DNA from: an uncultured Nitrospiraceae bacterium
Lineage (GTDB): Bacteria; Nitrospirota; Thermodesulfovibrionia; Thermodesulfovibrionales; Dissulfurispiraceae
Assembly (NCBI GenBank): GCA_963727805.1
Contig: CAVSHF010000005.1
Location: 1,120,001 to 1,184,000 of the forward strand
DNA: 64,000 bases
Direction: 5' to 3'
How positions within the stretch are numbered: position 1 is the first letter of the stretch; each line of letters starts with the position of its first letter. Positions 18,616 through 27,985 of this stretch are shown here, in pieces. The notes beneath the pieces are model-generated. The model was not told where the DNA came from. It saw only the letters and a program-made list of their open reading frames with translations, and did no database searches. The translations under genes were made by a program, and so were the position numbers.

Positions 18616-19665
18616 ATGATCTTCGGAAAAATAAAAGTTGCGTTAAGGCTTATTCTGATAATAACTGCGCTGTCTTTGGTTACGGGTTTGTCATACGGTG
18701 AAGACATAGATGGTGCATTATTAAAGCAGGCGCAGAAACTTTTTAGTCCATTGCCGAAGGTGATGGAATCAGACCAAAATCCTGTGACGCCCGAAAAAGT
18801 AAAGCTCGGGAAGATGCTCTTTTATGAATCAAGAATTTCGATAGATGGCACTGTGAGTTGTGCTAAGTGTCATCCGATCAGTCTTTACGGCGCCGACGGT
18901 TTGAGAACAGCGGTGGGTAATCACTGTAAAGCCAATCCCCGAAATGCTCCCACTGTATTCAATGCAGCATCTCAGATTTCGCAACACTGGATCGGCAACA
19001 GAATGAGCGTCGAAGACCAAGCCAAACAGTCAGTGATCGGGCCGCCGGCCTTCGGGATGGTGAAGTATGAGGACGTTGAGAAAAGGCTCAAGGAATACGA
19101 GGAGTATGTCGTTTTATTCAAGGAGGCCTTCCCTGCAGATAAAGACCCGGTGACGGTAGATAATTTTGCTAAGGCCATAGGCGCATTCGAACGCACTCTT
19201 TTGACACCTTCACCCTTCGACTCATATCTGAAGGGCAATGAGAAAGCCCTGACGGGCGGTCAGAAGAAAGGGCTCAAGACTTTTATCGAGACCGGCTGTA
19301 CGGGCTGCCATTCGGGCACATATGTCGGCGGACAGATGTACCAGAAGTTCGGCTTAGTTGAGGCTTATTGGAAATATACGAAGAGTGAGAAGGTAGATGA
19401 GGGGCGTTATGCCGTCACAAAGAGTGAGGCTGATAAATATGTGTTTAAGGTCCCGGTTCTCAGAAACGTGGAGAAAACGCTTCCATATTTTCACGACGGC
19501 TCAGTCGACACACTGGAAGCGGCAGTGACGATTATGGCCAAGGTCCAACTCGGAAGGGATATCTCTAGCAAGCAGGCGGCCGAGATGGCCGATTTCCTGA
19601 AATCCTTGACCGGGAAAATATCCGAGGATGCGATTACCGTACCACTATTGCCGTCACTAGAATAA
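18616..19665 (+). CDS. Di-heme cytochrome c peroxidase (CCP/MauG family)
   Basis: LGKMLFYESRIS..GTVSCAKCH, RNAPTVFNA, CTGCH, FKVPVLRNV..T.PYFHDGS. Confidence 0.92.
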   Translation: MIFGKIKVALRLILIITALSLVTGLSYGEDIDGALLKQAQKLFSPLPKVMESDQNPVTPEKVKLGKMLFYESRISIDGTVSCAKCHPISLYGADGLRTAVGNHCKANPRNAPTVFNAASQISQHWIGNRMSVEDQAKQSVIGPPAFGMVKYEDVEKRLKEYEEYVVLFKEAFPADKDPVTVDNFAKAIGAFERTLLTPSPFDSYLKGNEKALTGGQKKGLKTFIETGCTGCHSGTYVGGQMYQKFGLVEAYWKYTKSEKVDEGRYAVTKSEADKYVFKVPVLRNVEKTLPYFHDGSVDTLEAAVTIMAKVQLGRDISSKQAAEMADFLKSLTGKISEDAITVPLLPSLE

Positions 19666-19708
19666 ATGTTCAGATGTGAATAATAAATATGCAAGGAGGA
19701 AGTAAGAG

Positions 19709-20056
19709 ATGAAAAATATTTTGGTGGTAATTGTTGCGACGATATCCTTTTGCGCGTTGATTGCAGGAGGTTCTATTGCGGCAGAGAAAGCCGAAAAAGA
19801 CGAATCAAATAAGATATCGGGAGAGACGCAATTCAAGGATCATTGCGCTGTCTGCCATCCGGACGGTGGCAATGTCATCAATCCTGCAAAGACATTACAT
19901 AAGAAGGATCTTGACGCCAACGGGATTAAGAGGCCTGCGGATATTATCGCAAAGATGAGAAATCCGGGGCCCGGCATGACGCAGTTCGACAAAAAGACGA
20001 TCCCCGACAAGGAAGCCCAGACGATAGCCGAATATATTCTGAAGACTTATAAGTAG
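19709..20056 (+). CDS. Monoheme class I cytochrome c (c6/c553-like)
   Basis: Signal peptide; CAVCH.DGGN.INPAKTL; axial Met in GPGMTQF. Confidence 0.88.
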   Translation: MKNILVVIVATISFCALIAGGSIAAEKAEKDESNKISGETQFKDHCAVCHPDGGNVINPAKTLHKKDLDANGIKRPADIIAKMRNPGPGMTQFDKKTIPDKEAQTIAEYILKTYK

Positions 20057-20355
20057 AATCTTGCAGGTAAAACCAAGAGGTGCAGTGTTTACAAACGTGC
20101 CCCAGTTAGTTTTAGGGTTGGTATGCCGAGGGAGCGAGGGACTATAGGTGTCATGCTGATGGAACATGAGTCATAGCCGAATTACAGCTGGAGGATGGCC
20201 GAAAGAATGGAGAATTATAAGGCCGACAACGTAAATATTTCCAGACAGAAAGGCAACCCGGACACTGTTCATCGGCAATACAATCTCTTTGCGGGACTTT
20301 TATCCAATTCCTGCTGTGATACAATACAAATATCAACTCACTAAGGGAGGGAGTT

Positions 20356-20670
20356 ATGTTGCCTGATCAGTACACCAGCATCAAGAAGCGATTCAAGAAC
20401 TTTTATAAGGCATCGGAGAATCTCGGCAAGGCTGCCAAAGCGTCCGGCCCTATCGATGATAAGACCTCGCATCTCATCCAGCTTGCCGCTGCCGCTGCCA
20501 TACGTTCTGAAGGGTCGGTCCATTCTCACACCAGAAGAGCGTTGGAACTCGGTGCAAAGCCTGACGAAATTTACCATGCGATCATTCTGCTCACAAGCAC
20601 CATCGGGTTCCCAACGACCTCTGCCGCATTGAGCTGGGCAGACGATATTATACAAGGGGAAAAGAAGTAA
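20356..20670 (+). CDS. Carboxymuconolactone decarboxylase (CMD/AhpD-like) family protein
   Basis: GPIDDKTSHLIQLAAAAA..SEGSVHSHTRRALELGA..EI; no CxxC. Confidence 0.85.
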   Translation: MLPDQYTSIKKRFKNFYKASENLGKAAKASGPIDDKTSHLIQLAAAAAIRSEGSVHSHTRRALELGAKPDEIYHAIILLTSTIGFPTTSAALSWADDIIQGEKK

Positions 20671-20673
20671 TAG

Positions 20674-21582
20674 TTGTATATTCAGTTTTTCCCAACTTTC
20701 AGGTGCACGGATTCGTGTAACTTCTGCTTTAACAGGGGATTGTCCACAGGGCTCGATATCGAAGTTGCCGCCTTCAGAAGGCTCGCGGATATCCTCGCCA
20801 GTGAAGGGATCGAAAGGATTGATATCCTTGGCGGCGAGCCAACACTTCATTCTGACCTAATCCCCATCATCGACGCTGCCTGCACGAAAGGACTTGCCGT
20901 TTCAATGAGCAGCAATGGCTCCAATGTTCAGATGCTCAAGACCCTGTCGCAAAATTATGATCAAAGCCGCCTGAAAATCGGAGTATCCCTAAATGGCAAA
21001 CCGATTGATGATTCGCTTTTATTCTATATCAGCGAATCCAGGCCCCTTTTGAAAAGCGTCTGCACTCATCGCCGTTTTTTACCGGATAACACTGCAAGGT
21101 TTCTCGATAAGCCCGATATACGCTACTATGCTATTTTCATGGACACGCTTCGCAACGCAGACCTGGCAAGGAGTCTTTCCTTTGCTCAATTCCATGGGAC
21201 TCTAAATTCCCTTCGCCGCAGACATAAAAACCTTGAAGGAGTATACTGTTCGGGCTTCCTGCCAGATATCAGGAATTATCCGAGACTTGAAAGCGTGCGC
21301 TGTCCTGCCGGCACAACTAAACTCTCCATCATGCCCGACGGGTCGGTCTATCCCTGCTATCTCCTTTTCCAACGCCCGGAATTTAGACTCGGCAATATTT
21401 TAAGTGATCGCTTTAAAGACATCGAAAACAATCGCCTACTGAATTTTTTCAAGACATTTAAGACAAATAGGTGTCCCAATGTCGATTGCGATCTGTTCAG
21501 CCGTTGTCACGGCGGATGCCCTGCAGTGAGTCTGGCAGTCCATGGCGACCTGAATGCACCTGACCCAAGGTGTGTAAGTTAG
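20674..21582 (+). CDS. Radical SAM protein with SPASM domain
   Basis: CTDSCNFC, GGEPTLH, CPAG..IMPDGSVYPC, CPNVDC....RCHGGCP, DPRC. Confidence 0.88.
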   Translation: MYIQFFPTFRCTDSCNFCFNRGLSTGLDIEVAAFRRLADILASEGIERIDILGGEPTLHSDLIPIIDAACTKGLAVSMSSNGSNVQMLKTLSQNYDQSRLKIGVSLNGKPIDDSLLFYISESRPLLKSVCTHRRFLPDNTARFLDKPDIRYYAIFMDTLRNADLARSLSFAQFHGTLNSLRRRHKNLEGVYCSGFLPDIRNYPRLESVRCPAGTTKLSIMPDGSVYPCYLLFQRPEFRLGNILSDRFKDIENNRLLNFFKTFKTNRCPNVDCDLFSRCHGGCPAVSLAVHGDLNAPDPRCVS

Positions 21583-21930
21583 AGAGTTAAAAGGTTAAGA
21601 GATCACGGAATTATTAGTCACATATTCCTGCATTCCTTCAAAGCAACCAAGACTGTCTTGCTAGAACTCTCATGAATACTCATATCCCATACTGTCACAG
21701 CAATCTCCTGTTTCTTAATACGCGCTTTTATCACGCTGAACTATTGCCACTCATGGTGCAACTATAAATTAGAAAAGACCTTCATCTTCTTGGTTGCCGC
21801 AATGGTGCGCTCCTTGAGAACCTCCGATTAAAGTAGCGATACGGTGCCGCTTGGTAAATATCTTCCGGTAAGAGGCGAATATTTTAAGGTATAATAAATA
21901 TTGCAATTCAATGAAGAACAGGCTGATTAA

Positions 21931-22713
21931 ATGAATATTCTCACAAGCATTGTTGCTAAAAAGACCGAAAAACTGAATGTTGCAAAAGTGAGTTTGCCGC
22001 AAAGTGAGCTTAAAGAACGCATCAAACGCACTTCCAAACCACGCGATTTCAGAGGTGCAATACAAAGGCATGAAGGTCCGATAAGGCTTATTGCTGAGAT
22101 TAAAAAAGCTTCACCTTCGAAGGGTCTTATAAGAAGTAACTTTGACCCCATACAAATTGCATCCGTATACGAGTCGAAACCGGTAAGCGCGCTCTCGGTC
22201 CTGACCGAAGAGGATTATTTTCAGGGGCAGCTCTCATATATTTCGCGGGTAAAGGACATCACAACCAAGCCCATATTGCGCAAGGATTTTATCATTGATG
22301 AATATCAGTTATATGAATCAAGAGCGAGCGGAGCTGATGCCGTTCTACTTATCGCCGCAGTCCTTGAGCAGAGCCAGGCGAGAGAATACCTCCACCTTGC
22401 TGCGGAATTAGGTCTTACAGTGCTTTTCGAAGTCCACAATGAAGAGGAACTCGAAAAGGCCCTTCGCGTTGACGCTAAAATCATAGGCATTAACAACCGC
22501 AACCTGAAGACACTATCCATCGATCTATCTACGACACTGCGACTGAAAAAAGAGGTCCCCGCAGGCAAGATCGTGGTCAGCGAAAGCGGCATCAGGACAA
22601 GGAAGGACGTCCTGATGCTGCAAGATAACGGAATCGATGCAATGCTCATCGGCACTTCCTTCATGGAAACGCCGGATATCGGCAGAAAGATCGATGATTT
22701 GCTGTCAAGTTAG
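21931..22713 (+). CDS. trpC: Indole-3-glycerol phosphate synthase
   Basis: IAEIKKASPSKG, SVLTEEDYFQG, LRKDFIIDEYQ, GINNRNL, SESGI. Confidence 0.97.
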   Translation: MNILTSIVAKKTEKLNVAKVSLPQSELKERIKRTSKPRDFRGAIQRHEGPIRLIAEIKKASPSKGLIRSNFDPIQIASVYESKPVSALSVLTEEDYFQGQLSYISRVKDITTKPILRKDFIIDEYQLYESRASGADAVLLIAAVLEQSQAREYLHLAAELGLTVLFEVHNEEELEKALRVDAKIIGINNRNLKTLSIDLSTTLRLKKEVPAGKIVVSESGIRTRKDVLMLQDNGIDAMLIGTSFMETPDIGRKIDDLLSS

Positions 22714-22719
22714 GAGGCT

Positions 22720-23151
22720 TTGATGCTTAAGGTGATGTTTTTATGCACAGCCAATTCTTGTCGAAGCCAGATGGCTGAAGGTTTTGCCAGGGAACTCGGC
22801 AGGGGAATTATCGAACCCCACAGCGCGGGACTTATGGCTGCAGGTGTTCATCCAAGGGCTGCTGCCGTGATGCAAGAGATCGGTATCGATATACTCGGCC
22901 AGGAATCAAAAGAAATCGATCCAGATCTTCTGCTAACAATGGACGTCGTCATCACCCTTTGCGGACATGCTGAACAGACCTGTCCGCAAACTCCCCCGAA
23001 GGTAAAAAGACTGCACTGGCCGATCGAGGACCCTGTGGGAACCTTTGGCACTGAGACTTTCGTAATGAAGGATTTTAGAAGGGCCAGGGATGAGATACGA
23101 GACCGGATTACTGGGTTCATACAGGAAATCGAAAAAACAGGGGGCTGTTGA
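22720..23151 (+). CDS. arsC: Arsenate reductase, thioredoxin-coupled LMW-PTP type
   Basis: FLCTANSCRSQMAEG, VITLCG....TCP, HWPIEDP. Confidence 0.88.
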   Translation: MMLKVMFLCTANSCRSQMAEGFARELGRGIIEPHSAGLMAAGVHPRAAAVMQEIGIDILGQESKEIDPDLLLTMDVVITLCGHAEQTCPQTPPKVKRLHWPIEDPVGTFGTETFVMKDFRRARDEIRDRITGFIQEIEKTGGC

Positions 23152-23192
23152 CGGCATTTGCAGCACTGAAAATAACTCTTTTATCACGATAG

Positions 23193-23729
23193 CACAGGTG
23201 GGATCTCCCGCTTCGCCCTGATGATGCCATATTTTTCTGTTCGTCATGCGGCAGGGCCTGGCAGATCTATGGCAGCGAGCTGACGGAGGTTCCTTACCAA
23301 ATAGCTGTGGTGAATAACATCAACGAGCCGATGAAGTATCTTCCGTTCTGGGTGCTCACTGCAATAGCTGGTGGGGCCGAACCACTCACCTTTTATGTCC
23401 CCGCCTTCCGATTCCGCCGCCTTAAAATGCTGGCGGACCTTGCAACGAATATCACCCGCCAAAAGCTGAACTATTCAATTTGTGGGGATGAGAAGCTGGG
23501 AATCAAAGACATGCAGGGATGTTACTATGATGCCGAAGATGCCTTCCTCATTGCACAATTTATTCAGGCAGGCATAACTTCAAAAACGTCCGAAGAAATG
23601 AAATCATTCAATAAAAACAATTTATCACCTCTGAGCGCAACCCTGATATGGTTTCGATTTAAAGTAAATGGAGGCAAGCTGGTTGATCCCTTTACCGAGA
23701 CGATAATTGCTCAGGGCTTACTCCTGTAA
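23193..23729 (+). pseudogene. 5'-truncated remnant of a zinc-ribbon-containing hypothetical gene
   Basis: The frame of ORF 23307-23729 is open upstream to TAG 23190 with no start codon: WDLPLRPDDAIFFCSSCGRAW...YLPFW. Confidence 0.5.
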
Positions 23730-23830
23730 TAAGACAAATATGCCCGACTCATTTTGACTATAACGGCAACTGATCCGGCATTGTTCAGCAGCCCCCTGAG
23801 TTCGTTCGACATTGTCATGTCGATTGACTC

Positions 23831-24232
23831 TCACATCCCCTTTGTCTGATGACGCGTCTCATGGTCGCGCATCATCTCCGCAAATCTAGCGGAAAATTCG
23901 TCGATGGCAAAGGGCTTATTTAGAAAGTCACTGGCACCAACTGCATCAACATCCTCGGCGGTATATTGGTTAGAAAAACCAGTCATAACGGCTACAGCAA
24001 GTGACGGGTTTCGCTTGAGCAATGCCTTGGTCAGAGTGATGCCGTCCATATTAGGCATGACAACGTCGGTAATGACAGCATCAAAATACTCTCTCTCAGT
24101 CCTCTTGAGTGCTTCTATCCCATCTGACGCTGTATAACAAAGATGCCCATCCGATGATAACAAGGTTGCGATGATGTCTCTCATTGCCGGCTCATCATCG
24201 ACTATAAGGACTTTATATTTTTTTGTCTTCAT
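23831..24232 (-). CDS. Single-domain response regulator receiver
   Basis: VLIVDDE, VITDVVMPNMDG, MTG, FLNKPF. Confidence 0.9.
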   Translation of the reverse strand: MKTKKYKVLIVDDEPAMRDIIATLLSSDGHLCYTASDGIEALKRTEREYFDAVITDVVMPNMDGITLTKALLKRNPSLAVAVMTGFSNQYTAEDVDAVGASDFLNKPFAIDEFSARFAEMMRDHETRHQTKGM

Positions 24233-24386
24233 TTATACTCCGTACACATTTCAGGTCGTTATTCCAAGGACGTTCAACACCGCTTTACAATAGCCGTTTA
24301 ATTCTATCTATTCTATCGCTCAGAGGAAAAAGAATCAAATTGCTTGACCACCAGCCAGTAGAGCAACCGCGGAGATATACGCCAAC

Positions 24387-25253
24387 CTAATCACGCACCA
24401 CCTCTGAAACGGCAGACCAATCCAAGTCGCCGAGGCCTTTTTGGATTGCCATGCGGAATATCTCTCGCACCTCGGCTGCCACCGGGAGCGGCACGCCCAG
24501 TTCATCACCGATCTGAAGGGCGTAGGTCATGTCTTTGTGCATCCAGCGCAACGCAAAATAGACATCGTCGTGCTTCCGTGCAACGATGTTCGGCACCTTA
24601 ATTTTCACCACTGTGCTGGCGATCACTCCGCTGTTAACGGCCTCCACGACCTTCTCCATATTCAGACCAGCCTTCTCAGCAAGAGCCATCCCTTCTCCCA
24701 AAGCCACCACCTGAGCAGCTGCAATCATGTTGTTGATGAGTTTGTAGGCCGCGCCGGCTGCAGGCGGGCCAAAGTGTATCTGCCCCTGACTGAAGCTTTG
24801 CAATATCGGCTGTATCGTTTGGAAGACGTCCGGCTCGGCACCAACATAAAGCATTATCGTACCGCTCTCAGCTGCCGGCTTGCTGCCTGCCATCGGCGCA
24901 TCGGCAAACCGCAAACCCTTCGCATGAGCGGCAGCGTGCAACTCCCGCACCCATGCTAATGACAGTGTGCTGCATTCTACAACGAAGGTGCCGGGGCGGG
25001 CTCCGGCAAGCGCGCCATCCGGCGCAAACCAAATAGCCCTGGATGCCGTGTCATCACCAACAACAGCTATTACAAGTTCAGCCTGTGCTGCTGCAGCAGA
25101 AGGGGATTCTGCCCACAATGCACCCTGAGCGAGCAGTGGCGCTGCCTTTTCTCTTGTCCGATTGTATACATACAGTTTGTACCCGCTCCTCAACAAGTTA
25201 GAGGCAATACCACTCCCCATGGTCCCGAGGCCGATAAGCGCAATGTGTTTCAT
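24387..25253 (-). CDS. NAD(P)-dependent beta-hydroxyacid dehydrogenase (3-hydroxyisobutyrate/tartronate semialdehyde family)
   Basis: IGLGTMG, YNRT, DAPMAGS, KLINN; start MKHIAL after AGGAG. Confidence 0.9.
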   Translation of the reverse strand: MKHIALIGLGTMGSGIASNLLRSGYKLYVYNRTREKAAPLLAQGALWAESPSAAAAQAELVIAVVGDDTASRAIWFAPDGALAGARPGTFVVECSTLSLAWVRELHAAAHAKGLRFADAPMAGSKPAAESGTIMLYVGAEPDVFQTIQPILQSFSQGQIHFGPPAAGAAYKLINNMIAAAQVVALGEGMALAEKAGLNMEKVVEAVNSGVIASTVVKIKVPNIVARKHDDVYFALRWMHKDMTYALQIGDELGVPLPVAAEVREIFRMAIQKGLGDLDWSAVSEVVRD

Positions 25254-25319
25254 TTTATCATTCTCCTTTGCAAGCGTTATTCCATACACTTCATTCGAGA
25301 ACCTGATGAAGAACCGACG

Positions 25320-25523
25320 TCACTGTCCCCGCTTTCTTCTTACGGTAACGGTCTCTCCGCCTATGCCCCAATTGTCCGTCTCGACCTCATCGATGACAAT
25401 AACTGTCGTCTGTGGATTCTTCCCCAGAATATCCTGTAGTAATCGCGTCACTCCCTGAATAAGCTGCGCCTTTTTCTCGGCCGTTGCACCTTCTTTTGTG
25501 ATTTTGATATTTACGTATGGCAT
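25320..25523 (-). CDS. 4-oxalocrotonate tautomerase family protein
   Basis: AAGGAGG RBS; MPYVNIKIT (catalytic Pro-1) and NWGIGG. Confidence 0.92.
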   Translation of the reverse strand: MPYVNIKITKEGATAEKKAQLIQGVTRLLQDILGKNPQTTVIVIDEVETDNWGIGGETVTVRRKRGQ

Positions 25524-25895
25524 TGGCACCTCCTTATTAATAAATGCACCTTCTCTTGTATTAAAAAGAATATCACCATTGAAAAGACAGACTTCAGTAA
25601 AAGAGAGCACTCCGGCAGGTCTTGAAAATAAATTGCGTTTATTGGCTCAGTGTCATTTGTTGAAAGTGGTACACGTTAATGATTATCCTACCATTCCGCT
25701 CTGCAGAACTATTGTTGACAAGCATCCGCAACATGGACAAGGATACCCAGCACTTCGGAGCACTGCATCCCGCTATCCTATCAACCCCCCTGCGCCATTA
25801 GACAATCCATCTGTCCTATCAGCAAAATTGAGGGTTACGTCAAAATTGTCAAAAAGGTACATATAGAATTCCCTACTTACTGACACAACCACTCC

Positions 25896-26180
25896 CTATA
25901 AATTAGACAAGTATTCTTCCCACTCGATGGGCAGCAGATATTTCTTCTTGTTATTGCATTCCTTGCAGGCTGTAACGATATTGCCTTTGGCGGACTTACC
26001 CCCTCTGATGATTGGCACGATATGGTCCATTGTGAGTTCTTTCGGCGGTACTTGAGCGTTGCAGTAGTAACATCTTCCACGGGAACATTTTCTCTTCCAC
26101 CATGTGCTTTCGCGAAGTACCCGCGCGGTGCGGCGCTCCCGTTTTATTTCTTCATCCGATACTTCCATGACGAATGACAC
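25896..26180 (-). CDS. Small HNH endonuclease-domain protein
   Basis: CYYC, TMDHIVPIIRGG, GNIVTACKECNNKK. Confidence 0.9.
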   Translation of the reverse strand: MSFVMEVSDEEIKRERRTARVLRESTWWKRKCSRGRCYYCNAQVPPKELTMDHIVPIIRGGKSAKGNIVTACKECNNKKKYLLPIEWEEYLSNL

Positions 26181-26458
26181 TATTTTCTTCCTCTCCTGAC
26201 CTCCTCTTCCTCGTAGAATTTCCTATAGAGGACCTCCCACTCGGGACTGCCCTCCACAAGCTTTCTGGAAAAGGACAAGAGCTTTTTCGTCACTGCGACA
26301 TCAATGTCTTCACCGATCTTGAGCTGGCCGACTATAGTCTTCTTTATCTCGCGTCGCGCCTCACTGTCGTCTGCCTTTAGGGTAATTAGTTTATTGTCAA
26401 GCAATCCTCTAAGCAGGACATGTGATGTATGGCTGATCTTGTCGTCTGAGAGCATCAT
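26180..26458 (-). CDS. DUF507-family protein
   Basis: MLSDDKISHTSH...EGSPEWEVLYRKFYEEE; coupled to neighbours. Confidence 0.75.
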   Translation of the reverse strand: MMLSDDKISHTSHVLLRGLLDNKLITLKADDSEARREIKKTIVGQLKIGEDIDVAVTKKLLSFSRKLVEGSPEWEVLYRKFYEEEEVRRGRK

Positions 26459-26736
26459 ATGATGACGTTTCTCTCTTTCACTATTTTTTGTTTGGTCATG
26501 TCGAAGAGCCGTCGGTAATCCAGCCTGCCCTTTTCAATCTCCGGCTCGAATTTCTTCAGAATCTGGCGGACCTCTTCGTTGAGCCGGTCCTCTACCATCA
26601 ACTCTTCGAGGAGGAGCCTTTCCGTCTCCGCGATAAGGGTCTCTACAGGGACCAGTGATTCGACAAGCTCCTTGTTCATGAGATTATCGGTAATCTTTTT
26701 GGCCAGCGCAGGAACCCAACTCTTGGGAATTCGCAT
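26455..26736 (-). CDS. DUF507-family protein
   Basis: EDRLNEEVRQIL...DYRRLFDMTKQKIVKER. Confidence 0.75.
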   Translation of the reverse strand: MRIPKSWVPALAKKITDNLMNKELVESLVPVETLIAETERLLLEELMVEDRLNEEVRQILKKFEPEIEKGRLDYRRLFDMTKQKIVKERNVII

Positions 26737-26737
26737 C

Positions 26738-26962
26738 TTACCTTTCCATGAATGGGATCAAAGCTATGTTTCTGGCTCTTTTGATTGCAGTGGTCAGTTC
26801 CCTCTGGTGGACGGAACAGTTACCGGTCACTTTTCTCGAGAGTATTTTACCGCGCTCGGTCATATATCCGCGGAGGATTTTGATGTCCTTATACTCGATA
26901 AACGAAACCTTATCGGCGCAAAATCTGCAAAACTTTCTTCTCTGAAATCTTTTCGGCTGCAT
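26738..26962 (-). CDS. rpsR: 30S ribosomal protein S18
   Basis: [36 protein letters not shown]. Confidence 0.98.
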   Translation of the reverse strand: MQPKRFQRRKFCRFCADKVSFIEYKDIKILRGYMTERGKILSRKVTGNCSVHQRELTTAIKRARNIALIPFMER

Positions 26963-26998
26963 TATAGTATCTCCTCCCGTATATTCTCAAATAAAAAG

Positions 26999-27394
26999 TT
27001 AAAAGGGTTCGACATCCGAAACTTCATCGGGCATTTGAGTTTCACTCGGCCCGGAAGCGCCTTGCTGATGGCTGTCCTTCTTAGACAAGAACCTGACCGT
27101 GTTGGCCACAACTTCCATTTTGCTCTTCTTCTGGCCCTCGTACTCCCATCTTCTTTCGCGCAGCCTACCCTCGACGAGGCAACTCCTGCCCTTGCTGAGG
27201 TACTGACCACAGGCCTCGGCCTGCTTGCCGAAAACGACAGCATCGATGAAAAGAGTCTCTTCTTTCCAGTCATCGCCGGATTTAAACTTCGAGTTTACAG
27301 CGATGGGGACCGTTGCGACCGGAGTTCCTCCGGGCGTATATCTGACCTCGGGGTCCTTGGTAAGATTGCCTATGAGGATAACTCTGTTGAACAT
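26999..27394 (-). CDS. ssb: Single-stranded DNA-binding protein
   Basis: NRVILIGNLTKDPEVRYT; acidic C-terminal DVEPF. Confidence 0.98.
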   Translation of the reverse strand: MFNRVILIGNLTKDPEVRYTPGGTPVATVPIAVNSKFKSGDDWKEETLFIDAVVFGKQAEACGQYLSKGRSCLVEGRLRERRWEYEGQKKSKMEVVANTVRFLSKKDSHQQGASGPSETQMPDEVSDVEPF

Positions 27395-27771
27395 CAGTCG
27401 CCCTCTTTGATCTCGGCCGGCGCGGCGGCTTCTTCAGGAGTAACCGGGATTCCGCTGATCTCTTTGGGAAGGGCTGCGATCTGCTTCTTGCCGAGCTTGA
27501 CAACCATGAACTTAAGGACTACATCAAGGACCTTAAAATACTCTTCGAGCTTTTTGATGGCGGCGGAAGGTGCTTTAAAGAGCAGAAAAACATAGTTGCC
27601 CATCTTCTGCTTGCTCATTTCATAGGCGAGTCTTCTCTTGCCCCAGACTTCGACCTTGAATAATTCCCCTTCTGCATTCTTGAGGAGGTCGGTTATCTTA
27701 TCGATAACCGCCTTGGCTTCCTCTTCTCCGAGAGAAGGGTTGAGGATTACAACAGTTTCGTAGAAATTCAT
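27394..27771 (-). CDS. rpsF: 30S ribosomal protein S6
   Basis: YETVVILNP, WGKRRLAYE; lies in rpsF-ssb-rpsR order. Confidence 0.97.
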   Translation of the reverse strand: MNFYETVVILNPSLGEEEAKAVIDKITDLLKNAEGELFKVEVWGKRRLAYEMSKQKMGNYVFLLFKAPSAAIKKLEEYFKVLDVVLKFMVVKLGKKQIAALPKEISGIPVTPEEAAAPAEIKEGD

Positions 27772-27777
27772 TTAATA

Positions 27778-27825
27778 CCTCCACCTGGATATATAGCCCT
27801 TTCGCAAAGAAAAGAGCATGGAGGG
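27778..27825 (-). promoter_or_regulatory. Putative S6:S18 ribosomal-protein autoregulatory leader RNA
   Basis: Minus strand CCCTCCA-T-GCTCTTT..AAAGGGC-TATATATCCAGG-TGGAGG: the outer stem sequesters the SD, with an inner hairpin and a CC-containing internal loop. Confidence 0.65.
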
Positions 27826-27831
27826 ACACCT

Positions 27832-27932
27832 CATTCAAACGCTAACTGCGTTGGCTTCGTCGTGAGTTTCACCACGTACGTAAAGTGCGCCTGCGTCACT
27901 TCCTCTTGGCCGACTGATTATCATTTTGAATG
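27832..27932. repeat. About 100-bp palindromic REP/MITE-like intergenic element
   Basis: Terminal inverted repeats CATTCAAA (27832-27839) and TTTGAATG (27925-27932), with a central CGTACGTAAAGTGCG hairpin. Confidence 0.45.
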
Positions 27933-27985
27933 CACTTCATTAGTGCCCAACGAACTTTGTTTATACCATATTTTTTGCTTTAAAA

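Noticed and set aside
20195..20344. 49-codon ORF as a RiPP precursor for the radical SAM/SPASM enzyme
   Set aside because: Poor RBS spacing, it overlaps a likely -10 element (TGATACAAT) for the CMD gene, and it has no precursor-like motif.
21744..21880. NtrC-like half site (TGGTGCA) and a possible structured RNA upstream of trpC
   Set aside because: The left half-site does not match, and I could not assign any RNA family or attenuator peptide.
23140..23175. arsC ending GGC-TGA as possible selenocysteine read-through
   Set aside because: The catalytic Cys residues are already present, read-through adds only five residues, and no convincing SECIS hairpin is visible.
25896..26180. HNH nuclease as an anti-phage defence or mobile element
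   Set aside because: Only 94 aa, coupled to a ribosomal-protein operon, with no methylase, ATPase or integrase partner.
26579..27595. 338-aa plus-strand ORF
   Set aside because: Antisense to rpsF-ssb-rpsR; Ser/Leu-rich shadow frame with no recognisable domain.
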